Shown here piece after piece: positions 13,201-26,625 of a DNA stretch of 64,000 nucleotides. Every line of letters begins with the position of its first letter. Position 1 is the stretch's first letter. The notes below the pieces were generated by a model that saw only the letters and a program-made list of their open reading frames with translations, had not been told where the DNA came from and made no database searches. The translations under genes and the position numbers were made by a program. The DNA comes from the human T2T-CHM13v2.0 reference genome, Homo sapiens: assembly GCF_009914755.1 (NCBI RefSeq), contig NC_060937.1. The stretch is one strand, 5' to 3'.

Positions 13201-16097
13201 CAATCCAAGGAAACTGTCCCAAAAACCAAGGAAATTGGTTTTTAAATGTTATCACTATGTTTATCCTAATACTTTCTTTTATCCCCATATAATAATTGTA
13301 GGCTGCATAAGCAGCTTGGAATTATATGGAGTCATACATGAATGTGCTGTTTATTCTGTGCAGGTTGCATAGATATTTGCTAAAATGGTTGAATGAAGGC
13401 CTTCAACAGAAGTGGCTTACAAAGGATATGATTTTATATTGCTTAATATTAAATATTACCAGTTAAAAACGCATGCATCAATTTCTGCTTACAAGATAGT
13501 AGGTACTATAAACATTTGTACTTTTTTTATTGAGAAAGGAACACTATCATTCAAAATATAATGCTTAAATAACTTCAGTAAAATATTTTAAAAACAAAAT
13601 GCACCCGAATTAAATTATTTAAACAATAATAAATATGAAATATACTACAGAACAGTACTTGTTAAATGGTAAACAACAATATGCATTAAATTAAAAAATA
13701 GAAATTGGTTATGAATTCACCCAGCTAGAATGTGAAAGTCAAGGTGTAATCCCTGAGAAAAACACATTACAATGGCTTTTACAGATTTTACAAAATGAAA
13801 ATACCTTCACATAATAGTCACAGAAATAGGTAAGAAAAAAATTAAATAGCCTAGTAATTGTTGGTTTTTCAAATGAACTGCATTTGTAGAGTGTAATGCA
13901 CTTAGCAGATTCCGGCCTTGGCAGATTAAATAAATAGTGTATTTTAATATAAATGCTTTCTGATTGCAATTTAACTTTCATCATTTAACATGTGCAATAT
14001 TAATTTCTTCAGACTAAGAAGCTGTGAGGAAAAGTTTCCATGATATCTTTCTACATTTTAATATTCATTTTCCTTTAAATAAATTCCTGTCAATTTCCTA
14101 ATAGTGTATTAAATATTTATGTGTGTGGTAGTACACAAATTATTTCACGTTGTACATTTGTTAACTATATATGATCATACCAAAGTTGTAACAAATTTAT
14201 AACTCTGAGAGGCTCCTTGCATTTCTTGAGTAACCTAAAAATATTTTACTCAATTACTTGATACAGTATAAACCTCTTGTTTCAATGGTAGCAGTAGCAG
14301 ACTCAAAAAAGAAAATAGTAAACAGTATTAACCAAATATGATGTTGGAGTTGAGCTTGGATTCTGAAAATCACATGTAACTGTTCAAAGTATGTCTCCCA
14401 GGGATCAGATCCATGCATTTGTCTTACTAACATCTCCTATTTAATCTGCTTTCTTTTACTTTTTCATTACAACAGGATGCATTGAGCTTGAAGCTGCCCA
14501 GGTGTGTAACATCTTTAGCTTTAATATTCACAGAGTCCAGAATTCCGTATGTATCTGTATGTATGTATGTGTGTAAATTGTGCTAGTCAAAATCATTAGT
14601 GCTCCTTCAAGATTAAATTTAACACTAAATAGAAATCTCTTATTGATGGATATAATAGTATCCACTTTTTATTATGTTTAGTAGAAATTGCATTATCTAG
14701 TGTGTTCTGTGGTGTCTAAATTTTGTTTCTAGAATTAGATGATATGCATTTTAAAATAAATGCTATGCTTTTCACTTTTTTCTCTTGTTTGTGTTTGGAA
14801 TTGGTGAATTTAAATATGGGATCCCAATATTCTCATCCTTTGGAAGTAATAGAAATATGTTTCCTTTATGTTGCAGCTCCGGAGGTCAGTGGGGGTGGAG
14901 GGGCAGTATTTTGCCTTAAGAAGTTGGAAGCAAAACTGCTTGTAAGGAATAGACTGCCTGATTTTTCAATAGTAGAAATAATTGTCAAAGGAATTGTGAT
15001 TTGCATTGAATTACCATGGATTATGATTTTAATGTGCCTTCGTTTCATTAAAATCCTTAGAATACAGTACTTATAATTCAATGAGAAAATACAAAGAAAA
15101 ATCAAATATTTTAGAAATGACTAAAAATCATCCCATTATGCCAGATGCAAAGAGTGCAATGCAAAAAATATACATCATCTAGTCTTATAGATGTGTAACT
15201 TGAATAAGTTACATTACACAGTTGAATTGCCAACTCATAAATTCAAACATATATTTTGCATGAATTTATGGTATCTAACAACAATTATTTTTTAAGTAAT
15301 GAATAATGAGGCAAATCAGAGTGCTTATACGGAAAACTAGGTTTATATTTCTTCATGGTTATTTAAATATTCTTTTTCTCTCTTTTGAAATTATCCTGTC
15401 AAACAGTTAGTAGATCTCCAACACACCCAAAAAATCTTGACAGTAAACATACTGCAATACTGCATTAATTTAAAAAAAATCACTAAGAGAAATCCTTTTT
15501 GGTATTTTCTCTGTCATATGCCCATTTTTTTTAGCTCTTAAAGATTTCTATGCAAAAAGAGGGTCAGGACTAAATAAGTTTGGGAAATGGAGCCTACTAT
15601 ATTCCATCCATGGAAAATCACAACCCACAAAACAAGGGTTCTGAACAATCTTTCAGTGAATAAGTGTTCAGCTTTGTTTATCCTACTTTTTACAAGTATG
15701 CTTTACCAGAGAACAGTTTTTAAAGTAACCTCTCTCTTTACATCCTGTAGATATAGAATTCCACAGAAAACCCTCTGAAATGCTGTTCTGTGCTAAACAA
15801 GAACTCCACTGCATATAACCTAAGTTACTTTGTAACCTTCTTGCCTATTCAAGCACAGACAGTCAAGGTAAATCTGAATCCACTCTCTAGAGTGTTTGTA
15901 TGCATGAATTATCTCTCTAAAGCACCATCTGGCCACAATACTTTATCATTATCAACACACAAGAGCTGTCTGCATCCAGGAAAGTATTTCACACCTTATT
16001 TAAATGTGCTACCCAATATGCATGCGTGTGAACTATACATCCAGAGTCAGATATGCACTTCTCACATCTAACATCAACGTATCAGGTTTGCCCAGTT

Positions 16098-16235
16098 CTC
16101 TCTCTCTGTGTGTGTGTGTCTCACACACACACATACACACACATTTTGAAGTTGAAGCTCTTGACTTCATAAGGATGACTCATCTCCTTTACTTGAATAG
16201 CTCGTGTGTGTGTGTATGTGTGTGTACGTGTGTGT
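16098..16235. repeat. Compound (TC)/(TG)/(CA) microsatellites
   Basis: Dinucleotide runs visible directly. Confidence 0.8.
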
Positions 16236-17133
16236 AATATTCAAACATGGGCAGAGATAGAACTAGCTTGTGCACTAATCATATCTAAGACTAACATATC
16301 AGAGTTCACTAAAGATGAAAATGTTAAGCTTTCCTAGTTTGATGATGACTGTTTTCCCAACATAGGAGTATGCAATTCTTGTCCTCCAGCCAACATTACA
16401 AGTCTGAATATCTAGGCAAAGACTCTAATAACCTTGTACCATATCCAGTTTACAGTGATGCCTATACAAAGCCACTATAGAGAAAGAACATTCATACCTC
16501 TAAGAAGATAAATTCAGTGCAAAAATCATCTAAAGGTTAAAGTACTATGGCCTATTGTCCCCACCACAAAAAAATCTGAGTTTATGTGATATGTATAACT
16601 GTAAGGTTTAATTTAGATATATTAGATTACCTATATTGAAGTTTTTTAGTGGTGAGCACTTCCATATGAAAATAGGTAGTTTTGAAAGTTTAGGTCTTGC
16701 AGTTTTCCACATTACCATGTCAAAGTCAATAGTAAGAACATAAAGTTTTCTCTGCAGGTATTAGACAACCACACATTGACACACCTCTCTGAAAATTTCT
16801 TCTTTAAATTTCTGTTTAGATCACAATGAAAACAGCTGACTCCATATGAAAAATGGATACAAAAAAAATCATGTCAAGTGCAAATATATCTGAGCAGACA
16901 AGAAGATGAGCTATTCTAATAAAAGAGATAACTCATCCTTGTTATGTGAAGTCAAGAGCCTCAACTTCAAAAGGCAACATTTTAGGAAGATAAAGTGAAT
17001 CCTTCTCATTCTAATTTTGTTGTTTCATACTTTATAAAACACAAAAGCAATGAATAAATTTTTAAAAATAACTTAGTGTACCTTCGGGTTTCTTTCCCAA
17101 GGAGCCTCCAGGTATTCTCTGAGATATGCCTAG

Positions 17134-17455
<322 letters not shown>

Positions 17456-17840
17456 AACAACACTGTTTTAATGTGTGAGGAAAAGGAAACACAGGGAAAG
17501 GGGAAAGCATGGTCTCTGAAGACATTTCATCTTTTCAGTTCCTAGTGTAGACAGTGAAATCCATGTACATTCGTTAATATAAAATGTTTAGATTACACCA
17601 TTAGTAGATGGAGAGGGAAGTTTCTATAACACTACAGAAAATTCTAACTCATTACCATAATATCTTTTCACTCTTCACCTTCAATGCGAGGGCAACTGCA
17701 GCAGTCATTGGCAATCAATTTTCAGACTCCCAAGGGATGTGTCTGGGGATCTCTCAAGGTGAATAAACAATCAAAGACATATTTCAGCCAGGTGTGGGGA
17801 CTCCTGTGGCTGTGGAAGCTTTTTGAGAATTTCATCTTAC

Positions 17841-18677
17841 TGATATGGGAGAGCTGAGGAGAGAAGAGTGTGGTCCCTTCAAATGATCCGGAAGTGGGGA
17901 AGGGAAGTGCTGGGTAGAGGAGAAAGTGGTCCTTGCCTAGGGCTCCACCCCAACAGACCTAGGTGAGGACAAGCATTTTTGTTGCATTTCCCAAGACCAC
18001 CCTGGCCTGCGGTGCCCCCATCCTGTGCCTATAAAAACCCCCGAGGCCCTAGTAGGCAGACACACAAGCAGCTGGACTTCGAGATGAGTGGATTGAAGGA
18101 AGAAGACACCAGCAGCTGGACGTGGAGGCGGAAGAGCACACCAACAGATGCTGGCAGGCAGGCCATCAAGCAGCAGAACAACACAGAGTTTTGCTGGGGC
18201 AGTCAGAGGACAGCCTAGGCCGCTGAACAGCCCAACTCCAGGGGAAATCCTTCCCACTCCATCCTGCTTTTGGTTTCCCCCATCTGCTGAGAGCTGCCTC
18301 CACTCAATAAAACCTTGCACTCATTCTCCAAGCCCAGGTGTGATCTGATTCTCCAGGTACATCAAGGCAAGGACCCGGGATACAGAAAGCCCTCTGTCCT
18401 TGTGACAAGGTAGAGGGTCTAATTGAGCTGGTTAACATAAGCCGCCTATAGATGGCAAAACTAAACGCGCAAAACTAAAAGAGCATCCTGTAACACACGC
18501 CCAGTGGGGCTTCAGGAGCTGTAAACATTCACCCCTTAGACACTGCCGTGGGGTCGGAGCCCCACAGCCTGCCCATCTGTATGTTCCCATACAGGTTTGA
18601 ACAGCAGGGCACTGAAGAAGTGAGCCACACCACATCACATGCCTTGTGAGGTGGACAAGGGAACTTTTCCCGTTTCA
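17841..18677 (+). mobile_element. ERV1 solo LTR, MER50-like
   Basis: Starts TGATATGGGAG, contains GGGAAGTGCTGGGTAGAG, TATA CCTATAAAAA and AATAAA, ends TTTTCCCGTTTCA. TSD not preserved. Confidence 0.7.
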
Positions 18678-18776
18678 ATAGGTTAATCATTTCTAGGTTA
18701 GTTTCTTGAATGTGTCCTCCCTGTACACTAAGACACAGTTTTGGAGTACAGTCTTTTCTCATCCAATATCTAGTAT

Positions 18777-19726
<950 letters not shown>

Positions 19727-20364
19727 TCAGAAAATAAAATTCAAGAGAAAGTTATGTTATTGCTGGTTTCATTAAAAATCAGATTTCATTAAAAATGTCA
19801 TCTACTCGCATTTCAGAAAGATGAAAATAAGTAAAAAAATCATTACAGGACAATCTTATTTTATCTTGCATATATATATATATCTTTCATATATATATCT
19901 TGCATATATATATGCATATACATATATCTCACGTAAAAAAGCTCTGGCTTTGATAAATGTATGAGAGTTTGACTTCAGAAGCCCCATAATGTGTATAGGT
20001 TAGTTTATGTTTACTGTGAATTTGTTTTTACTTTAATGCTAAAGCAAGGGAAATCAATATCTACTTCAATTTTTTAAGATTCTAAAGAGGCATTTATCAC
20101 ATAGGCATGTTTTTTTTTATTTTCAGGAAGATTATATAAGAATATATTCTTAAAATTTATTGTATTTAATTCTTCCTAAAGAGAAAACAAGAAAAACATA
20201 TCCAAGTTACATTAATGATTTTGAAACCTTTATTCGAATTGATAGCTCTGCACAAATTTGCTGTCAAAACATGCAAATAATCAGGTTTTTGCCTTTTCTT
20301 CCCCACCCTTTAGAGAGGGTGTCAAGCTGAAGTAAAATTAGTAACTGAGGAAAGAGTTAAAGTT

Positions 20365-20540
20365 CTTTTTTAAAATCTATTTTTTAATTTTTACAATTTT
20401 TAATTGAAAAAGTATAAATTGTATATATTCATGGAGTACAATGTGGTGTTTTGACAAGTGTATACATTGTAGGATGATTGAATAAGGTTGATTAGCATAT
20501 CCATCCTCTCAACTATTTATCATGTCTTTTTGTGACTATA
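20365..20540 (-). mobile_element. L1MA 3'-end fragment
   Basis: AATTGTATATATTCATGGAGTACAATGTGGTGTTTTGA motif. Confidence 0.65.
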
Positions 20541-20831
20541 TTTAAAATTACACATTGCATAAAACTCACCCTTCATGTTTACAAATGTAATTATGGTAAT
20601 TAATTTTAGATTTGTTAAGTCACTACCTATAAAACAACCTTCATAGACAACAGAAAATATAGTATGTAAAAAGAAAATTTTAAAAAAACATTGCTTATCT
20701 GTTTTCAATGAAAAGCTAAAAAAATTGTCATTTATTCAGACTAAAACCTCAAACCAAAGAAAGATAGAGCAAACATTGTTAAAATGTTAGCTCACAAGCA
20801 TTTAGAAAAATACTCATCAAGGATATATATG

Positions 20832-20867
<36 letters not shown>

Positions 20868-20888
20868 CAAACATATGTATTACTATTA

Positions 20889-21183
20889 TTTTTTTTTTGG
20901 AGATCGAGTCTCACTCTGTTGCCCAGGCTGGAGTGCAGTTGTGCAATCTCTGCTCAATCCAACCTCTTGCCTCCTGGGTTCAAGAGAGTCTCCTGCCTCA
21001 GCCTTCTGAGTAGCTGGGATTACAGGCACACGCCATCCCACCTGGTTTTCTTTAGTATTTTTAGTAGAGACGGGGGTTTCATCATCTTGGCCAGGCTGTT
21101 CTCAAACTCCTGACCTCAAGTGATCGGCTTGCCTCGGCCTCCCAAAGTGCTGGAATTACAGGCATGAGCCATCACACTGAGCT
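20889..21183 (-). mobile_element. Alu (AluS), preceded by (CA)n at about 20832-20869
   Basis: Poly-T plus antisense Alu. Confidence 0.93.
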
Positions 21184-24105
21184 GATATTTTTATTTTCTA
21201 AACTTTTTTGGCTAAAGATATACAACAGTTGTTCTCTGATTACAGTATCATTTAATTATTTTCCACTTCCCTTGTAACAATGCAAAAAGAATACCCTTCT
21301 TTCTCTACTGCTGCACTATACGTAGCTAATTTATGGAACTGAATGATTTTTGCTTTCAAATGACATTACTGACACTATTTCTTTTCCTGCTTTGTTTTTT
21401 ACTCATCCTGGTTTTAATCATAAATCTCAGGAGAGCTCTATTTTCTTCATCTTGTTCAATAGGCATTGTCTCAGTCTAAGCTCTTAGGCTTTTCTCTCTT
21501 AACTGATTATGATGACTTCTATTACAAAAATAGCATTTATTAAAACAAATCTATTAATGAGTGTGTCTACCTAGAAATAAAAAAGAAGTAGGAGTTTTTT
21601 GGTGTTTTTTTTTTCCTTTTTCATCCTCTCCTTTAAAAACTAGAGCATGCAGGATATATGATGCTGAATTATACTGAGATTTAATTAGTCTTTAAAAAGA
21701 TGCAAATGAAGAAGGACACTCTATTTGGAATTTAGGCAATTTTTAGAATTCAAAAATAGTTTTGTCTTTTCTCCTGGCACCAGTCTTTTTCTCCTAAGGA
21801 TATGTGCCTTCTCTTGTATCTTTCTCCATGTACCTTTCTAAATATTTTAAATATTTACTTGTCTTGTTACCAACTCTGTTTCACTAAAATTTTCTTTTCA
21901 TGAATTGCTACAGAATTGATTTAAAATTAGAATATATTTTTAGGCAAAAGAAACTGGTTAACGAGTTGTCATAAGTAACACATATGTTTAGTGTAACTTC
22001 TTTACGTTTATGAACTTAGGAGGACAGAAAGTGGGGATGCTACTTCAGACTTTGCAATGAGGTATGTATGTTTGAAACTCCCATTGAGTATGTGTCTGAA
22101 TATATCACTATGTAAATAGAAAATTCACATCAATGGATCTTAATTTACCTTCCAAAATTTTTTTGACTGCAGATGCATACTAAACAGTGGAAACTAAAAA
22201 TAATGGTTTTGTCCTTTTAAAATTAAATTTATAATCATTTATGATTTTAGATGAAAAGATACAGAATATTATTCAAGGAAAAATGTACACTGATGCATAT
22301 GCATACATACATATTTTATTGCGCTATTTAAAACTAGATATTTTTAATAGGATGTTGAATAAATTCCAGCTACTCTGAGATACAAGGCCATCGAAATGCT
22401 GAAAAGAATATCGGATTGAAATAAACAAATCAATTTTTGGAGATAGAATATGATTCCCAAATAAGGAAGCAAGATCTTTCAGGATATAAATGATTAAAGA
22501 CTTAATCTGGAACCTTGTGGATAAAGAAAGAAAAATCTCTGATATTAGGTTTGTAATTTATACAATACCTGAAACTGAACACTGGGTGGCAATGTTTATC
22601 TACTTTTATTTTTATTACAGCTTTTTCAGCAATTCCAAAGATGTAATAGAACTAAAGTTTCTTGTCTTCAAGGTTATTTGTGGGTCTTAAGACACTGAAA
22701 AAATCTTTTATTTTTTTTTTAAGTATTTTGGTTCCTTGGTTTTGTGCACAGAATAGTGTCCGTTTTCTGTCCCTCAAGTGCTGTTCTCAATCCATTCATT
22801 GACTCTAGCAAAATCAGGCATGCTGTAGAGAATTATCAGTGGAAGAGAAAAATAGGAATCACTAAAGATCTAGACAAACCATAATATAGTAGCAACATGA
22901 AAACATCTTGGAATATTTATTTTTGGGAATTAAATGTTGAGGGGTGACAACAAAACGTTCATCATTGAATCAAAATTAGTATGATAAGCTTTTCTTTCTG
23001 ATTTTGGTTGATGTTCAGAACTATTTAATAGAGCAAGTCAGACGAAAAATTAAAAACACATTGATCAAGCAGTTAAAACCAAATAAGGCCTTCAATTGTA
23101 TTGTAGCTAAATTTCCTCTTCCAATTCTTACATTCAGATCTAGAGCTGGCATGGGACCAAAGTGTTGAGGCAAGTTAGAATTCAGCACCTTCCCTTCTTC
23201 CTTTTCAGGACTCACTTACAACCTTAGATAGATAAGAATCAGAAAGAGCCTCTGGTGCTATGCTAGACTGCTAGGCAGCTTCAAGAGACCAGTTATTTTG
23301 GTTTTCTGGAGAATACTTCCTGACATTGACATCAAAAGGATTAAACGGCAATGATTTAGGAGTTCCCCGGAAAAATCAGAACTGACTAAAGCTCTCCAGT
23401 GGGAATCTTAACTCAAAAATCACTGCTCTATGAGAAATTCTAGTTATAAAGGATTCCAACCTGCTTGTCACATATTGGATTTGTGCTTCACAATATTAAT
23501 AATTTTACTTTAGACAAAGTTAGGCTGAATATTGTGTCATTTTTGCCCTAGAAATAGGCTTTGAATAATTTATTTGGTTTCAATGTGTTTTCTGTATTTA
23601 TTTTTTATGGTGGTAATATTTACTATTATATTGTAGCTCTCTTATGAATGGGGAGCAAAGATAACAGCAAGAAAAGAAAGGAGCTTCTAAACCTCACTGT
23701 TAGAAATACAGCAAAGTATTCATGGGAAAAAGTAGGGAAAACATTTTCATCTTGACTGGTTGAAGGCAATTGATGAGTGCAATCAATATATATGTGCAAT
23801 AATTCATTGTACACAAGATAAAAGGAAATCTGTATTGAGTGACAATTGCTCTTCTATGAGTATAGTGCATTTCTGCAGAAAGAAAAAAGAGAGAGAGAGA
23901 AAGAAAAGGAGAAAGAGAGAAGGAAGGAAGGGAGGAAAGAAAGCAGGCAGCAAGCTCGGCCAAGTCACGGCTTAATAACTGTATAGCTAATATAGATATA
24001 ATTTTTTTAAATGACAAAGATGTTAACAATAGAAAGAACTAGATACACTTCTTGAAAAGAGTAACTTTCCTAGTTATAGCCTTTAGAAAATGTCATTGAT
24101 ATACT

Positions 24106-24420
24106 GGGCGGGCGCAGTGGCTCACGCCTATAATCCCAGGACTTTGGGAGGCCGAGGTGAGCGGATCACGAGGTCAGGAAAGCGAGACCATCCTGGTTAA
24201 CATGGTGAAACCCCGTCTCTACTAAAAACACAAAAAATTAGCCGGGCGTGGTGACAGGCGCCTGTAGTCCCAGCTACTCGAGAGGCTGAGGCAGGAGAAT
24301 GGCGTGAACCTGAGAGGCAGAGCTTTCAGTGAGCTGAAATCATGCCACCCCAGCCTGGGCAACAGAGTGAGACTTCGTCTCAAAAAAAGAAAAATAAAAA
24401 AGAAAAAGAAAAAGAAAAAG
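24106..24420 (+). mobile_element. AluY-like
   Basis: GGATCACGAGGTCAGGA and GAATGGCGTGAACC diagnostics; (GAAAAA)n tail. Confidence 0.93.
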
Positions 24421-24599
24421 AAATTATCATCGATAAACTATAGATGTGTAATAATTTGAAAAAAAAAGAGATTTTCATTTTTCAGCCATTGGTGAAACGG
24501 TTCCTCCATATACAGGTAGGAAATAGACAACACATGTGAAACAAATTTTTAAAAATTGGACAATAGGCAGTACAAATCCATCCTTGGGAGAAAGGAAAC

Positions 24600-25600
24600 A
24601 AAAGAGATGAAATTGCTACCTGAGCTTTCTGTTGGGAAGCAATTTCCAAACTATGGACAGAGAAAAGGGGAAACCCAGAGTATGGGGGCTTCACTGAGTT
24701 GAAAAGGCAGAAATCAAGAGTTTTTGGAGTCTGAGGTAGCTCAAAGTTGTAAAGCAGAGTTCTAGAAAAATGGGAAACTATGCCAAAAAGACTTCACAAA
24801 TTTGCACAGTTGTCCTATCTAGGTCATTCTACATGTTCGGCCTGGCCCCTCTTGTATTAAGTAAAAGTACGTGAAACAGTGAAGAAAAAACTGGGAGGTG
24901 TAAGATGAACAACTTCTGCAGCTCACACAGAGTAAGAAAATTTTTGAGCCCTTGAACAGCCAAGACAAAGCCTCCTTGGTTGTCACTAGCACATTGAACG
25001 GTGAAGTCAGAGTGAACTGTCGGCAGATTAAAGCTCTTCATAGACTAGTCATATAAAACTTTTAAAGTGGGCTAAAAAGGAATAGGCCCTACTGTAACTA
25101 GTTTAACTATCAAAAGCAAAACTAAACATTCTTAAAGAAAGGAAGATTAATAGACTCTAGACACTCAACAAAATAAATTTAACCATATGGAATATCTAAT
25201 TTTTAAATGAAAGGAAAAAAGTGACCTATAATTGTAAAAGTCAGTTAATATATAAAGACTCGAAAAAGATAGAAGTCATGAAATTATTAGACCACTGAGT
25301 TTAAAGAATTATTAAATCTAGGTACAAATATTCAAAGAAACACATAATCAATGAGAAGAGAAATTACATTTTTTTAACAACTATATGAAACGTGATGAAA
25401 ATAAAATATGTGAAATACAAATTTATCTGGGTGTGATCAATAGCAGATTAGACATTCTAGAAGAAAATATCAGTGATCAGGAAGATATAGCAATAGGTTC
25501 TACTTAAAAAAAGCAAAGAGAAGCAAAAAGGTAGTGTAAAAGGATTACAGAGAAAGGGTAAATTGTGAAATAATAGGAAGTTTTTTACATATTAATAAGG
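24600..25600 (+). mobile_element. Very old L1M 5'/ORF1-like remnant
   Basis: A-rich; AATAGCAGATTAGACA..AGAAGAAAATATCAGTGA resembles the L1 ORF1 coiled-coil region. Confidence 0.45.
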
Positions 25601-26339
25601 ACAGTCTTACAAATATATGTACACTTCACAACTAATTTAGCTATTTCTGTTTTTGAAAAATAGCAAAATACAAAAACAATAAAAATTGATTTCTGTGATG
25701 GCATAAATAGTGTATTGCAAGACTTAGATATTTTGTTCAGAGAAAGCACAGTTACATAATTCACTGATTTGTTTTTTGAAGGAAGATTTTTTTTTGTGAA
25801 GACCATTCATGAATTTAGGGTGCATTTCATTAGTATTGACCTCTTAAACAAGGTCAAGTTCTTATACTATAGTATCCTTTTATCTCAAGAACACTTGACT
25901 ATACATATAGATGCCTTTAGTATATTTATATGTGTGTTTTTGTTTATGGAGGTATTCTCTGAATAGGAAAAGGCAATGAACATGGACATAAGAGATTTAT
26001 ATCCTCATACCAGAAACATTGTGATCTCAGCCTTGATCCACAGAACTTTTCCCTTTTCCTTTTTTGTGGTGGAATATAGTAAAGGAAACATATAATCATG
26101 GAGAGAAATTATGATAACGACAGGAACATTCTATCTGCAAACTAATAATATATATATTCTATCTGCAAACTAATAATAATGACAGGAACATTCTATCTGC
26201 AAACTAATCTATGCTATTCTTGGCTATGTTCCATAACAATGTCTCTCTTCTTTGACCATACAGGGAAACATGATCCATGACCAGTCCCATAAGGCTAGCT
26301 CAGCTGTTAGGAAAATAAAACAGTCAATTATTAGTCTTA

Positions 26340-26625
26340 AAATGGGCACAAAAATACAGTTCAATAAAATAAATAAGATCTAGTATTCAATAGCCCAATA
26401 GGGTCACTATAGTTAATAATAATTTATTGTATATTTTCAAAAGTAACTAAAAACGTAGAATTAGAATATCCTAACACAAAGAAGCGGTAATGTTTGAGGT
26501 GATGATTACCCCAATTACCCTGATTTGTTCATTACACTTTGCATGTCTGTCTGTATCAAAAAATCACATGTACCCCATGAATAAGCTATTATGTACCCAA
26601 AATAATTAAAAATAATTTTTTAAAT
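26340..26625 (+). mobile_element. L1MA 3' end
   Basis: AAATAAGATCTAGTATTCAATAGC...TACCCCAATTACCCTGATTTG...ATGTACCC motifs. Confidence 0.75.

Noticed and set aside
14723-15076. 117-aa hydrophobic ORF in unique sequence
   Set aside because: TTG start, composition typical of AT-rich random ORFs, no recognisable motif.
23879-23945. Purine-rich tract giving a Lys/Arg/Glu-rich ORF
   Set aside because: Low-complexity (GA/GGAA)n simple repeat.
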